NCBI GenBank assembly: GCA_002633005.1
Contig: NMRA01000085.1
Coordinates: 547,508 to 611,507, forward strand
Length of the DNA stretch: 64,000 nt
Reading direction: 5' to 3'
Origin: Phoronis australis
Lineage: Eukaryota; Animalia; Phoronida
The translations under genes and the position numbers were made by a program. The notes under the pieces were generated by a model. The model saw only the letters and a list, made by a program, of their open reading frames with translations. It made no database searches and was not told where the DNA came from. Positions 51,212 through 64,000 of this stretch are shown piece by piece. Numbering within the stretch: position 1 is the first letter of the stretch; the number at the start of each line of letters is the position of its first letter.

Positions 51212-53710
51212 GGTAGTTCACGGTTTGTAGCTTATACATGTAAAAGGGTGATGACTTGGTCGGATTCCATGTCTACTATCCACCATATGCCGCGGCGTGA
51301 GTTTGCATACCGCTTATTAACATGCGGACACTATAATGTGTGTTGAAATTTAAATTTGATCCCGACGCATCCATACGCAGCACAAAATTCGTATTTCCTC
51401 TGCCGCTCAGTTTTCATTTACGTGACTCTGACATCGTATACTATGGGAGTCGAGAAGGATGCCAGGACACTGTAGTAAAACGTACGTGAAAACAAAAACC
51501 ACGCAGAGTGGTCACAAGATGATTGACGGACATAAGTGGTTCATCCAGTAGCTTGACAAATTGCTATCTGGGGAACTTGATGACAGCGATGTTCGATTGC
51601 TTGTAAGAGGGATCGGTTTCTGTTGCAACGAATACCAATTAGTTTCAGAATGTAACAGAATTTTTAGTCAACATACAAGAGTAGAATGCAAACAATATGT
51701 GAAATTCACAAATCGTAGGGACACCTTTTGGTCAAGTGCGAAACCAAACCATGGGCATCCCCACTCCTTCATTTCAAACTATTGGCCGAGTGCGAAAACA
51801 TATACGTGTGTACGTATGTATGTACGCCTGTGTGTATGTATACAGAAAAGAAAAATAATTTAAAAAGTTCAAACGAATAAATAATAGGAATAAGCTGGTG
51901 CGAAAATACTACAAATCAAGGTCCAGTCTACGACTCAAGCAAAACGATTTTTTTCCTCCTGGCTGTGTGCGTTTCGTTGGGCCCTGCCCTGCGAGAAATC
52001 ACAAGTGCGCTCGGCGGCAGACTCGTTTACTATGTAATACGGGAGTAAACTAATTAAACGCAAATGTAATTAATTAGGGTGAAAACGCAAGATCACGCAA
52101 GACTTCGCGAGATATCGCCATGTATTACAAACGAAGCACGTAATCAAACTAGCTTCCTTCGCAAGACTCTTGCATCTGTGGAACACAAAATAACCCAGGA
52201 ATACATATTGAATGTAGTTGCCAGGAGTGATCAGTGTTGTCAATCGAAAGACCGTACTGAAGCGCGACCATTTTGTAAACTGTAACTCTCTCATGAACTC
52301 TCGTCATGCATTTACACTGTCTGTACGGTCAACACGGCATTTTCGTGCTCCAGTTCCAACTCCATAGACAGAGTTTTGCTTTCCAGCGATGACTAACCGA
52401 TCTATAGAGTCATCAAAGTATATAGGTAGTGATAGAATCTCTCGACATCTCTACCAATCAAAGTTAAGACCGGAAGAAAAACATAATTTCAAGAGAAATA
52501 TAGTTCTGTGTTAGCCATGTTGTTGGAACACTGCCAGAAATTCAAAACTTTGCCCCATCTGCCGGTCAAAACAACAGTAGCCAAGCTGAAGAACGCGGGA
52601 TGAGGACATCCTGTCACTGCCGCAATGTGAATCTTTATCCAGTATGCTTTGTTTACTTTATATGATGTCATGTTGAAAGAACATCATTTCGAAACACGTT
52701 TTGAATTAAATTGAATTGCGTGAAATTCGTCTGATGTTTATAACTGATTGAAGCAGACATGGTATCTTTAATAAATTGCCAATAGTGTAATTTTTTCAAC
52801 AATGACGAATTGCTGAAATCGTTAACAATTGAGGAAATTCAGGTCAAAATGTGAAAATTGTAAATAAAGCGTGTGCAATAATCCATCGCTTTCCGCGTGA
52901 ATTAAAACATTAATTATTGAATATGTCATCTCCTCATATCCACCCCCCCCCCCNCCACTTGTGGAATTTACTCTAACAGATGCAATTAGATATTACTGCA
53001 ATTTACGACAAGCGAATTTCAATAGACCACCAGTAGAGTTTTTATCCATATGGCTCACGTCTTGTTGGCGGATGGTCCACTTAAGAAGACGTGTTGTGGT
53101 TGGCATACTCCGTGTGGAGATACGACACGTGATTTACGCATCTTGCCGAGGTGATTGGCGTTTGCGATCCTGTTCTTCTATTGTGTCAAGAGTTATTAGT
53201 CATCTTAGAGTGTATCTTGGCCATTAGAGTGATGAACAGTCGAGAGACTTAGAGATCATCTGTTATGGTCAGAGAACTGGTAGCGTGTTGAAAGAAAAGA
53301 TAACATAACGAACACGATGATTTGGAAATACGGTTGTTCTAATAAGGTCATCTTAAACATATTGTCTATCCTGATGTAGGGGTTGTGCGTGACAGTTGGA
53401 AAATTCCGTAGGCGGATTTCGATTAGTTTTGCTTCGCAACGAGGTTTCAACTTTTTGTCTTGGGCGACAGGCACGCGCAATTAGATATAGCACAGAAGCA
53501 AGTCCGCAGGTCGCCAGAACCCTTCGTTTGGAACGTCTTGGCTTCATCGGCTTTTAAGTGTCTGACACGACGCACATGTTGTTCCAAACACGTCCGCGCA
53601 GAATACATATTGTTAGTTTGCTTGGGTTGCCAAAGGCGTAAAAGACCCCGTGACACGATTTTTACTGCCGGTACATATTTTCCGTGTTTGTGATTTTAAC
53701 CCTGAACAGC

Positions 53711-56700
53711 ATGATGCGGTGCTGTCGTTTGACTCCGTTGTTGAGTATTTTCTGTGTTGTGGTGATCTCAGCGAAAACTGCAAGATTGCTCGGAAACTTC
53801 AGACGCAGGCCAATATTAAATGTTACCAGTAAGGAAAATCAGCTATTCTATAAAAGGTGAGTGTAAGGTTGTAGTGTCTCTGACTATTTTGTTTGCACTT
53901 GATAATGTAGTTGTCCAGTCCCTCAGTCAACTGAAGGAGCGCGGCGAACGCACCCCTACTCCCCTCGCCCCCACCATCTCAGGAAGTTAAGGACCTCCCC
54001 ATCAGTAGTTGAGCACTTCACTTGACTGGCAGTCGGGGTCCGCTGCAGCCAGGAGAATTTTGTTTGCTCATTCATTTTAATTCCTGTATATCGGACAGTG
54101 TAACAGTGACAGAGAAGGGAATGACAAGAGGGGACGGGAAGAAGCCCCATTCAGGAAAACCGGCGTAGAAGTATCGGTGGAAATAGATGTAGTTTTTCAA
54201 AGAATTGGAGACGGGAACGAAAAAGACACAGTCTCCCTGGACATTGTGGTTTCTTAGTAGTCCCTATCTGGAAATGCGCGGATGAGAAATGTTGCCGAAA
54301 CTGAATAAAACGATTTTTTGAAGTAACGCTTGGTATTTCTTGATCTAGTGTTGTCGGTTGCCTTGTTTAGACGAAAACACGTGAAATGCTTTGAATCATA
54401 TTTTCTGACATTTTCGTTTATTTTAAGAACTTTCCAGCCTCGCTCACGCATAAGCCACACGATCACGGTACTGCGCACTCGCTGTGCGCCATGGCGTACG
54501 GGCCCAAACACGTCCCACTACTGAAGTGCTGTGGCGGGAACAAACACCGCGGTCCCACTCAAGATTTCGAACTAATTCAAGCAGTCACACAAAATTTTGA
54601 AGATATTCGTCTCTCTAACTCGTGGATGCCTCCGGCTCACTGCATGCAGTTGTCTGTATGGTGCTCCTACGGTGATTATAAGGTGTTGATGACGGTCTTG
54701 CTGCTGACGGTGAAGCTATACATGTAGTGACCCAGGGAATAGTTTCAAAATTAAACAAGAATCGCGTTTTATCACGGATAGAGTTCGCTACGGATCGTCA
54801 CGATTCATGGCCTCAGTTTGCTGTAACGCAAGTCACTGTAGGGCGTAATTCCGACAGTATGACTGAGTTTTTAGGTTTCCTACTCGTTATACACCCTACA
54901 CTATGATATCTGCTACGCATAGATATCCGTCACTTTGTGAAGCGGCTAAACGTGGGAGAACATCTTCGCAAACTGCCTTTAACTATTGCAGTCCTTTATC
55001 CCAAAATACCAAATTTTCTCCAAGTCGCAAAGCTTGGTCTCAACAACCGAAAATGTCGATAGATATGGTACATGTACTGTATATATTAAAGTATGGACTC
55101 ACGATTGAATTCGTTGGCTTTAAAGTGAGCTTTGAACTGTAAAAAATGGTAACGCTGTAATCGGCATCACAATATGAATCACCCACGTTGTAACACAGGA
55201 TGTCTCAAAATGGTTGCAACCAGCTGTTTACTCATGTACTTACAAGAAAGTCCACAATTGCTACATTTTCGAAAAGCTGGCAAAAAATAAAGATTTAAAG
55301 TTTCCAGCTCTAAAGATGCGTCCAAAAGATTGCATTTTTCAAATGACTGACATTTTTCACTGAAGCCAAACATGAAAGCGATGACCAAAGTTGCCGACCA
55401 CCCAAGTACACCACATTTCTTCCTGTTCGCCCGAATCCTCCATTACCCTCTGACACAGCGCCACCTATAGCACTGTGATAGAGTGTAATCCTCCATTTGA
55501 TCGATATCCAGAGTGTGCAAGGGCTTTCAAAGCATCTCGTCTAGGATGTCATGCACCTACTAGCTGCAGACACACCCAAACGGAACAGAACGTTTGATTC
55601 TTCGCTGAACAAAACATTATACGTCATGATACCCATCGATCTTGCTCTCGAACCACCGATACACTCACAGCATGTTTGCCACGCGTATGATTTCACGTTT
55701 GGTCTGGATTTTGTATGGGAAGGCGATATTTTATAATCGTTGATCGCGATGTTTTTAGCTGATTTTGAGACCCGGCCTGTGTTGCTGGCTACCCTGTCTG
55801 TTGGACTTTTGGATCTCCTACTCACATTGTTTGAGCTTGAAGTCAACTTCCCGCCAAATTGTTATGTTTGCCCTCTCTACTTGTTGAGGTATAAATATTT
55901 ACTGCTCTTGTGGCTTCCACGCATCAACGAATTTAGCTTCTCTGAGTTCTTGTTGAAAATGAACTTCCAAGCAAAATTCTGCATGTAGTTTTCACTTAAT
56001 TGGTTTTGTTTTCTAAATATGTCTGTCGCAAAATTATTGTGTTATTTTTCTTTGTCCAAGGCATTTTGACTGATCATCGTTAGTTGTTATGGTCTTGTCT
56101 TTTCAAACTTTGACGAATAAGCACAAACGTTACAGTTATTTCCATTGATGGGGTTCCATTTGTTTTGAAACACCCTGCACTACAGCAGAGTACCGTAATA
56201 AGTTATCTTTCCACCGATGCTCGTAAAGAACTAACACTAAAGATTCCCAGATATTAAATCGGCTCCGAGTTTAGTTGAAGTGGGCGTGTCGGTAGTATTG
56301 GCGTTTACGCATAGGAGTAGACAAAAGGATTGCGCAAGGTTCTAAGGATATCGGTTTCTGGTGACTGAAGGTTTTCACTCCACGGTTAGCTAACCAAGAA
56401 TGTTTCAAGAAGATGTGCGTGGCCATATTCTTTTGATGGCGTGGTTTCTCTCATTGAACTTTAGCAGCTGATTGGTTTACGGCACTGATCGTGGAAAAAC
56501 ATTATTAAGTCGATACAGATGTCTAAGAGGATCCGCGAAGTGGCGTACTGAAACTAAGATAAGTTTCATTCATACACACTGTGCAAAGAATGTGTTGAGG
56601 TTTCCGAAACTGGTGCATGACGTTTCAGTAGCGGTCGTTGTGAAGTTTTAGTGCGTGACGAAGAGCATGTTTCTTGAGAGATACGTGGGGTCACATATTG

Positions 56701-59700
56701 TAAGACCACGGGAGACGATTGTTTCGCGATTAAGCTCGGGAGGTGGAACTTATAACATGGCCACCACCGAAATAATTGGTCGACGAGGTTGGAATGTTGA
56801 ATATTGGAGTTAGTTGTAGGTAAAAACGCTCTTTCCTGTTCCGCTCCAAACGTCGATAGTTCTCACCGCAAGCAGGCTATATCGCGAGTGTCTTGCGTTT
56901 ACGGAACGCGCCCTAAATAAACAGCGTTAAGGTCCGCAGTCAGAAATGTTTACACATGTAAACGCTTGCAAGATGTTGTCTGCCTTTGTACCGTTCGACC
57001 ATGAAAAAGCCGGCAGATCTGCCTTAGTTCAGTCTAAGTTGCGAAGAGAAAGCTAAATTGTGATTAGTCTCTGTTTGCCCATGGTGATCGACGTGATTGG
57101 CCAAAATATATTGTTAAGCGTTTTACACATAAATATGCCATTAAATTACTACGGTTTGACGGTTCAAAGGTTAACTTTGAAAACTTTAGTTTTACAGTTG
57201 CATTACGCTCTGTTTAGAAAGCTAAAGCGATAATCGAATTAGGCCTTTTACGTTCATAAAACCGGTTTCAGAATATTGCTTACCATGAATTCATTTTATT
57301 CCCGTTACAACCAAAAATACGGAATTAAGCGACTCAAGAAATCGCTTTTGCCAGAATTTTATTGGGGTTGGCCAGCACTAAAATTGCGAATTCCAAAACT
57401 GTGCATGAAAGTTTTCCCTGTGAATCGAAATAGAATCCTATCCCATCACGGTAGGAATATAATGACACCAATTTTAAGAGAGTAAAACCTAATTACATGT
57501 TGGTTTTTAAGCCAGCTAAACAGAGCGAAACGCAACTTTAAGAGGCGGATTGGTCTTCTGATTCAGACTACCTATTAAACTGCCTTCTCATATGAAAATT
57601 CCCAACCGAACGTTGCATGACTGGGCTGGCGGGTTACCCGGAAACTTTTTGCTGCAGCAGAGAAAAATGGAGTGATACGAATACCTTCTCCAATTAAACA
57701 GTCAGGAAGTTAATGGAAATTCCACAATAAGTGCGACTGTTTGTTTTCTTTTTCGGATCACTTCAGGGTAAATACTCGTCGTGATAAACTGGTGATAGCA
57801 AACTGCACTAAATGTTAATTTATTGTGTAAACGTTTTGATTAGGCAATTGCCGAACAAAGTCCAATTGTCTCGTCCCTCGCCAGTATGGGTGGCAGCAAT
57901 TCCTGCCAGTCCGGGGGGTACTTAGAGTCGCCCATCCAAATTTATAGACAAACGTGGTCGTTAGCTTTTCAGCAGTATCGCAGTGTTTCTGGGGTTACTT
58001 TTCAGTCCCTGTGACTGTGTGGCGCTGACGCGTTCTCTGTCTGTCCGGGCCCGTGGGTCTTGTCCATCTTCCCCCCTTGCATGTTATTGCGCGGGCTATA
58101 GCTCTATCGGTTCGCGCACATTTCTGTATTTGATATTAACATAATCGCGAAACCGATCCTCCGACTGGGGACATTTTTGGCCTGCCTCACTTTTCCCTCT
58201 CAGGTCTCGTCAAAATGAAAACAAAATTATTTCAGACCAAACGGGACGCACGGTCTGGAAAGACGGAACACAGGTGGTGATGGGGAAATTGAAAAATTGG
58301 TGAGGACTGCATGTATTGGGTGTCCGGATGGGTGAAACTGTGGCATTTTTGCTACGACTGGCATGGAAAAAGTGGTGGCACCAGATCGACCGGCGGACGG
58401 AGGGTGTGGAATTAGTCACAGCCAGCGAGGGTGCAGTGGTGGATTTAGGGGGCAACTGGAGCCATGCCCCCTAACATTCTTCCAGATTCCATTTGGCAGT
58501 TTGGAGGTGCGAATGCCTGATGGGCAAAATCCTGGTTAATACGCTGCCCTGCCCCGCCCCCTCCCAACTCAAAATCCTGAATCCGCCCCTGAGATGCACG
58601 TTGTGAAATTTTGTGACGACTGAAAGAAGTGATGGCCAATGGGAAGAATTGCATTTTTGAAAGACTGGCCAAAGTAATTGAGGAAACCGGTTGCGACTTC
58701 ATGTAGACAAAAGAATGAAAACTTTAGCGAGTTGGAGTCCTGAGCAGAGTAAGAAAAAGCGGACTGTGAACGATTTTTAGCCTTGTCATGCAAGTGGCAT
58801 AATATCAATTTTTTGGTTTTTGCAGTAATGTTCAACAGCCGCGTGCTCAAGAATCACATGTGTAATAAACACACATGCACTGGTCAATTTAACCGGTGTG
58901 TTATGCATACTGTGTGAAAACAGGACAGCAACGTTAACAAAAGCCAGCGACAGTAGAAAAATGCACTCCGAAAAGGCCGGGCGCAACCACAAGTTTCTGA
59001 TTCGCATTTCTTGAACATGAATTAAGCACCGATTTGTCAGTACAACAAACCACATTTACACTTTCTCCATCATTCATGCTAGTTTGTTTGCGTAGAGCAC
59101 TACTTGTTGAGAATTCGACCAGCCAATCAGAAACGTCGGTGTAAAAAATTCCCGAGGAAACTTAAATGATACCTGCGTGTTTTCTACCCCCTAGCGGACA
59201 CGCAGGGAACCAGCGAGCAGAGTTTCGAATTGGTCTCTGCTCCTCTGTGTTTTGCCCACTTCCATGCATTTCTGAACTCTATGCAAGAGTTCTAGCTATA
59301 CTCGATCAGTAATCAACACCCAGATACGCAATATGGGTGCAAAAATTTGCTGCAACAGATGTGTAGGACCTGTACCGTTTCCCACAATGCGTTTCATTTC
59401 CGGTTTTCCAAAGTATTCTAATAACCAGTTATTTATTTACTTAGCGTCAGCATTACTTTTATGACCCAATGTGACGATAAAACATACACAATTGTTTGTG
59501 TTACCAATAGTGTCTTTGTTGTTATTAGGACTTTCTCCCACGCACCAGTGGTTCAACGGCCACATTTCGAGTTCTGTCTGGCCTCAGTCAGTGGGATTCG
59601 AGAGGTCTAAGTTCAACCACGAGCCCAATGCCTCTACTTTTTGACCGAAGCCAGTTTTCTTTGCCATTCTTTTGACATCAACTTTCGTACGTCGCACTGT

Positions 59701-62700
59701 ACTGCCTTAAAAGACACTGTTTCCACTTTTTTCACTGGCAGTTACAAAATTCATAACAGGAGTTTGACCGCAAAATCAAGTTATGTACACTTTCAAAAAA
59801 TTATTCCCGAATAACGCTCTTTCAAAACTTATTCAAATGTTTTCAAATTACCTAGAATTGAATACGGGGTTTTCAAAATAATTTTTGATGTTCTGGTGGT
59901 GAACCAACAAAATAATCATTTACAGCTGAAATGCAATATTGTCAGAGAAAAACTCACAAACGCATTTAGGTCTATCAGAGATGACTATATCTTTTTGTGT
60001 TTAACGTTGAAAACGAAGGAAAGGGCAGTGCTGTAGTGGGGCGTACACGCACGTAGGCGCAGCCAACCACTGACCTTTTGGCATTTGAGACGTAGCGCCT
60101 ACGCACCGTAACTTACGTTCAGTGCTCAAGGAGATACCGGCGGTGGGATTTGGGCGCCTACTTACCTCAAATTTTACCACTGCAGCACTGGGAAAGGGTG
60201 CAAGTCATGGACCAATCTAATCGATCATATGAAACTGTACTCAGAAATTGTCGTGAAATTGTCACCACTGTAAGTACTTTCGAAAAATGAAGAGGCGCGT
60301 GAAATAAAGAGGTTTATGCTTTGAAGGACTAGCCAACCCTTTAAAATGTTGTTTGCCGAGATGATTTGTTTGAGGTGAAATACTCTTTCTATCATGGTAT
60401 AAAAAGGTTAGTGGAATACATATATAAATTGGCGCATATGCAGTGGATGAAAAGGAAATGTGGCCGGTGGGGTTCTCCCTTATGCAGACACAAGGCATTA
60501 GCTAGCTATTTGTGGCGAGAAATCTCAGCATATTGAACGAAAACAGTGAAATCTGTTCCATAATTCATTAATTGTGTCCCATAATTCACTTCAGCCTCAC
60601 CGACCAATCACTTCAGTGGCTGTTATGCTAACCGGCCACCTTTGTCTAGTAAGTCATAGGTACACAGAGCTTACTCGCGATACACTCGCTTTTAGTTCAC
60701 GTGGTTTTGCGTGATCTTGCGTGATCTCACTTTTTCTCACAAGAAACTTAATTTACGGAACGCATGTGTCGCTTAGATTCACAACCTTTCCCTGTGAAGC
60801 CGCCTGGGTGCGTTTTCTGTCAAAATTCTTGTGAAAGGGTGTTATTTTCGGTTTAAACAAAGTTCAGTTTGGAAGATAAGAACATTTCAATCAAATACAT
60901 GTACTTGTACATAAATCTGCCGAAGGTTTTTGATAATTTCTGTATTTTTTAAAATCTTGGCAGCAAAAGATGTACTCCTTTTCAACAGCAAGGCATAGTT
61001 GTTTCTTGAAGAAAACTCCACACGGAAAGGGTGACTTTTTCATGAACGCTCCCTCTAAATGTGTGCCTTTTTTCTAGTCCACTATCAAAATAGCTGGGTA
61101 TCTTAATTTTTAGTTGCACAGCCGTCACAGAAAACATGGTCGAGACCCCCCCGCGGGGAAATGTAAGAGCCGTTGAGCAAGCGCGTGTGCCGTTACATAT
61201 ATACATGTACGTTGGTCCAACTACAGTGTGCATGTACTTGTTAGGTCACACAAAAGTATTTCACCACCAAGCAAGGGCTGATGCCACCATTAATAACGAT
61301 CCACGGGACACTATTTGCTTTCTTATCTTCGTGTTTTGACTTGTGGCCAGTTGTTTTAGCGTGAATTGGTTTATTGGGACAAATACTGGCTATATTTCAA
61401 CTCTCGTCTGTCGCGCACGTGTTAAACAATCGGGGTCAACTCAACATGTGCTCAAGGGGAAAATACTTTTGCTCAGAAATACTTTTGCTCAGGATGCTTG
61501 GAAAATGACGTTCTGTATTCGCCGATGGTCTTCACAGTAGTGATTCTAAAAAATATATTTTTATCATATAGTAACCATCAGAAATGACTGATCTAGGATG
61601 TCGTAAGGGAGGGAGATTACCACAGTTTTGGAAGGAAACTCACACTTAGGCTGTAAAATTTGTGTAAACGGTGTTAATTTATTTAGAACTTGTTATTGAT
61701 CCAAAGTGACAAGCCTGAGGTAGTGTACTGTATCCGATTCTTTTTGTAAACTCAGCTTCAAGACTGTTCCAAAACATGAACCCAAACCATGGCTGTCAAA
61801 GATGGCGCCGAACGGAGGTTAATGTTTAAAAACTTAAAATAAATGCAGACAAAATGCAATACAAAATAATCTGTGATTGAAAACATAAACAATGACGTCA
61901 CTCAATACATCAGAATGAGCGTTTATTTAGAAAATGGCTGAAAAGTGATAATTATTTTTTGCGCTTGATGTCAAAGTGCAAAACGTGTTTAGTTTTTGAT
62001 TTGCTAATTTTTGCATATATAATTTAGAGACATAGCTATTTCAAAGAGCATAGCTGACTCTTTCATGTTTTCAAGATTTTCATGTTGAACTACCAAACTT
62101 TTCAATGTTGGCACCTTATTACTGACTACGAACATGATTATTTTACGATAAATAATCACAATTTAAATTAATCAGCTCTTCCATTCTCGGAAAATTTTTC
62201 TTTTTTATGAATATTAATGAATTTGTTTGCATGTGTCACAAAATAAAACAAGTAAATAGTGTGCGTTCACCGGAGAATCGTTGTTTCCAGAAACATAAGG
62301 AGATTTGGTTCGGCAAAAACCGGCCATTCAATGAGACGTAACAATGGAAGAAAAGGAAGAACCTACTGCAATACCATAGAAACCATAGAAAAAATAGAGG
62401 GGATGGTTCAGTGTATTCAAGGAAGGCAATACGTGACTCCAAGGGCTTTATCTTGAAAGTCATATACTTCAATGATGAATCACGCCATGTCACGCGTCAC
62501 GTTTCAATTGTTTCACATTCTTGCTGACGTCATGTCGAAGATCGAACACGGCTTGTCTAACAAAGTTAATGCAGTGAGACCCAGTTATTGACAGGAGTAG
62601 GCCTAAACACCTGGTGATGATGACAATGTTGATGTGACCTCGCCAGCCGCTCCTGCTGTTGTTTTTCCTCTGCTGCATTTGTGCCTCTGCTACTGTTGCG

Positions 62701-63449
62701 AAAACATATTATATTGTTACACTGATAAAATCTGTTACAATGACTACTTTTGGAACTATTTTCAGCAGGCTGTATTTCAACTTCTTTGTATTTCTTATTT
62801 CAGCCGTCATGTTTGTTCACAGCCTCAACTAGTTCGGCGTGACGTAATGACGGTGCAAACGTATTGTAAGGCAACATACAAGCAAGTGGCGAGGAGGTGT
62901 GGTTACACCTTCTGTCCATCATTCCAGTAAGTTGTGACGTCAGTCACTCACGTACACAGCGCCACCTTTGATTGCGCGCACAGATACGCAGCCACAAACT
63001 TTGTATCTTGCGTTTTTGCAGCCACCCAGTGGAAGTGGGACACGCACGACGGATGGTTTCAGTTTGACAAGCCCGATTGAAACCAACTTTTTCTGGTTGA
63101 AAATACTTTCAAATAGATGTTTGGATTGTGCTTCAAGTTATTTTTTAATGATTTGGTACTCTGCCTAGAAAAAGAAAACGACCATCAGAGCCGAGCAATA
63201 GCACTTCATTGTCGTCAGAATGCAAGATGGAAACCATACGTTGTAAGTAAAATAAACAACTTCACAACAATATTTTGTCTCGTGGAACCCACAGACATCT
63301 TTTTTTTTTAGAATATCTCTTTCTTTGTAGACTAATCTATCAAATTGCGTACAGAAAAGTCCGCCGCACCATTCAAGCTGTAGCAATGAAATATGTTTGT
63401 TGTCCCGGATGGGCCAGAAATTCCTTGAGAGAAAACAGCTGCTTAATCC
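53711..63449 (+). CDS. Secreted EMI-domain protein, EGFL7/EGFL8-like (5' part, continues beyond the window)
   Basis: Exons 53711-53856 (MMRCCRLTPLLSIFCVVVISA..., signal-peptide-like, phase 2), 62804-62926 (RHVCSQ...TYCKATYKQVARRCGYTFCPSF) and 63331-63449 (LIYQIAYRKV...KYVCCPGW...SCLI) splice in frame. The cysteine spacing and CCPGW are typical of EMI domains. Confidence 0.8.
58434..58591. mobile_element. hAT-like MITE, copy 2
   Basis: Shares tccatttggca, ggtgcgaatg, gggcaaaatc and cccaactcaaaatcctg blocks and the termini with 48156-48319. Confidence 0.8.
60026..60190. mobile_element. hAT-type MITE
   Basis: TIRs CAGTGCTGTAGTGG / CCACTGCAGCACTG (13 of 14 match), with a perfect 8-bp TSD GGAAAGGG at 60018-60025 and 60191-60198. 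Confidence 0.9.
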
Positions 63450-64000
63450 GTAAGTAACTCATTTTTGAAAAAATGATTGAGACAAATTGGATACGGCTAT
63501 TTTTATATAGGCAAACAGAAGCCTCCCTTGCGATGTGTGCGGGTGACACCTAGGTACCGCTTTACGCTAACAAATGAACATTTTACTTACTAATTAAAAC
63601 AACAAAGGAACTGGCTTTTCGACAAAAAATAAAAAGTGACACTGCGCCACATTTTAAGTTGTGTGTGACGAGTGGAGGGGAGTGGGCCCTACAAATTGTC
63701 GTTCTAGGTATACATGTACATGTACATGTAGCTGGTAGTACTACTTTTTAAATATCCCCTAGCACATATTAGTTATGAATACATGCACCATCAAGTTACA
63801 AATAATGTGTTTCCCCGTAAATATACCTTCCTTTGTTTGTTTTTAACAATTAAGAATATAAAACAAGACTCATAATTCGGAAGATATTACTAACTTGAAA
63901 CTTGAAACATTTCATATGAGCTTCGGTGTTCGTTTCTTTTCAATTCATACAAGTACTTTTTAATTTTTTAACCCCTTCGTTGCTACACGATCAGAAATTG

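Noticed and set aside
59545-59625. tRNA- or SINE-like segment with GTTCAA words
   Set aside because: No cloverleaf and no clear A box. At most it is a decayed SINE head.
57910-61158. ccggggggtac and gacccccccgcggg as the two ends of one CMC/EnSpm-like element
   Set aside because: The match is short and low-complexity, there is no TSD, and unrelated sequence lies between them.

Overview
AT-rich eukaryotic (metazoan, probably marine invertebrate) genomic DNA with GT-AG introns, two N gaps (17943-17962, 35332-35827) and single Ns. All exon models below were assembled by hand from splice sites and codon phase. (1) A complete minus-strand GAPVD1/RME-6 gene has 19 phase-consistent coding exons from 43046 to 18921 (about 1710 aa, RasGAP-like domain to VPS9 domain) and a candidate first exon near 46001-46040 that carries a uORF. 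(2) The 5' part of a plus-strand EGFL7/8-like secreted EMI-domain gene runs from 53711 to beyond the window end. (3) A multi-exon plus-strand gene (10278-14894, about 291 aa, internal 41-aa repeat, family unknown) appears only as fragments in the ORF track. (4) Head-to-head with it lies a decayed THAP-HTH-DDE PIF/Harbinger (ISL2EU-type) transposase (7038-9767). Its THAP part is still an intact spliced 213-aa ORF with a DHNY HCF-1-binding motif. Its catalytic domain is broken by a Penelope-like insertion (GIY-YIG fragment, 11-bp TSD) that carries a minimal hammerhead ribozyme plus a mutated inverted copy. (5) There are several MITE families, a CR1 fragment, and a probable haplotype duplication showing filled and empty hAT insertion sites. 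No CRISPR array, tRNA or rRNA was found.
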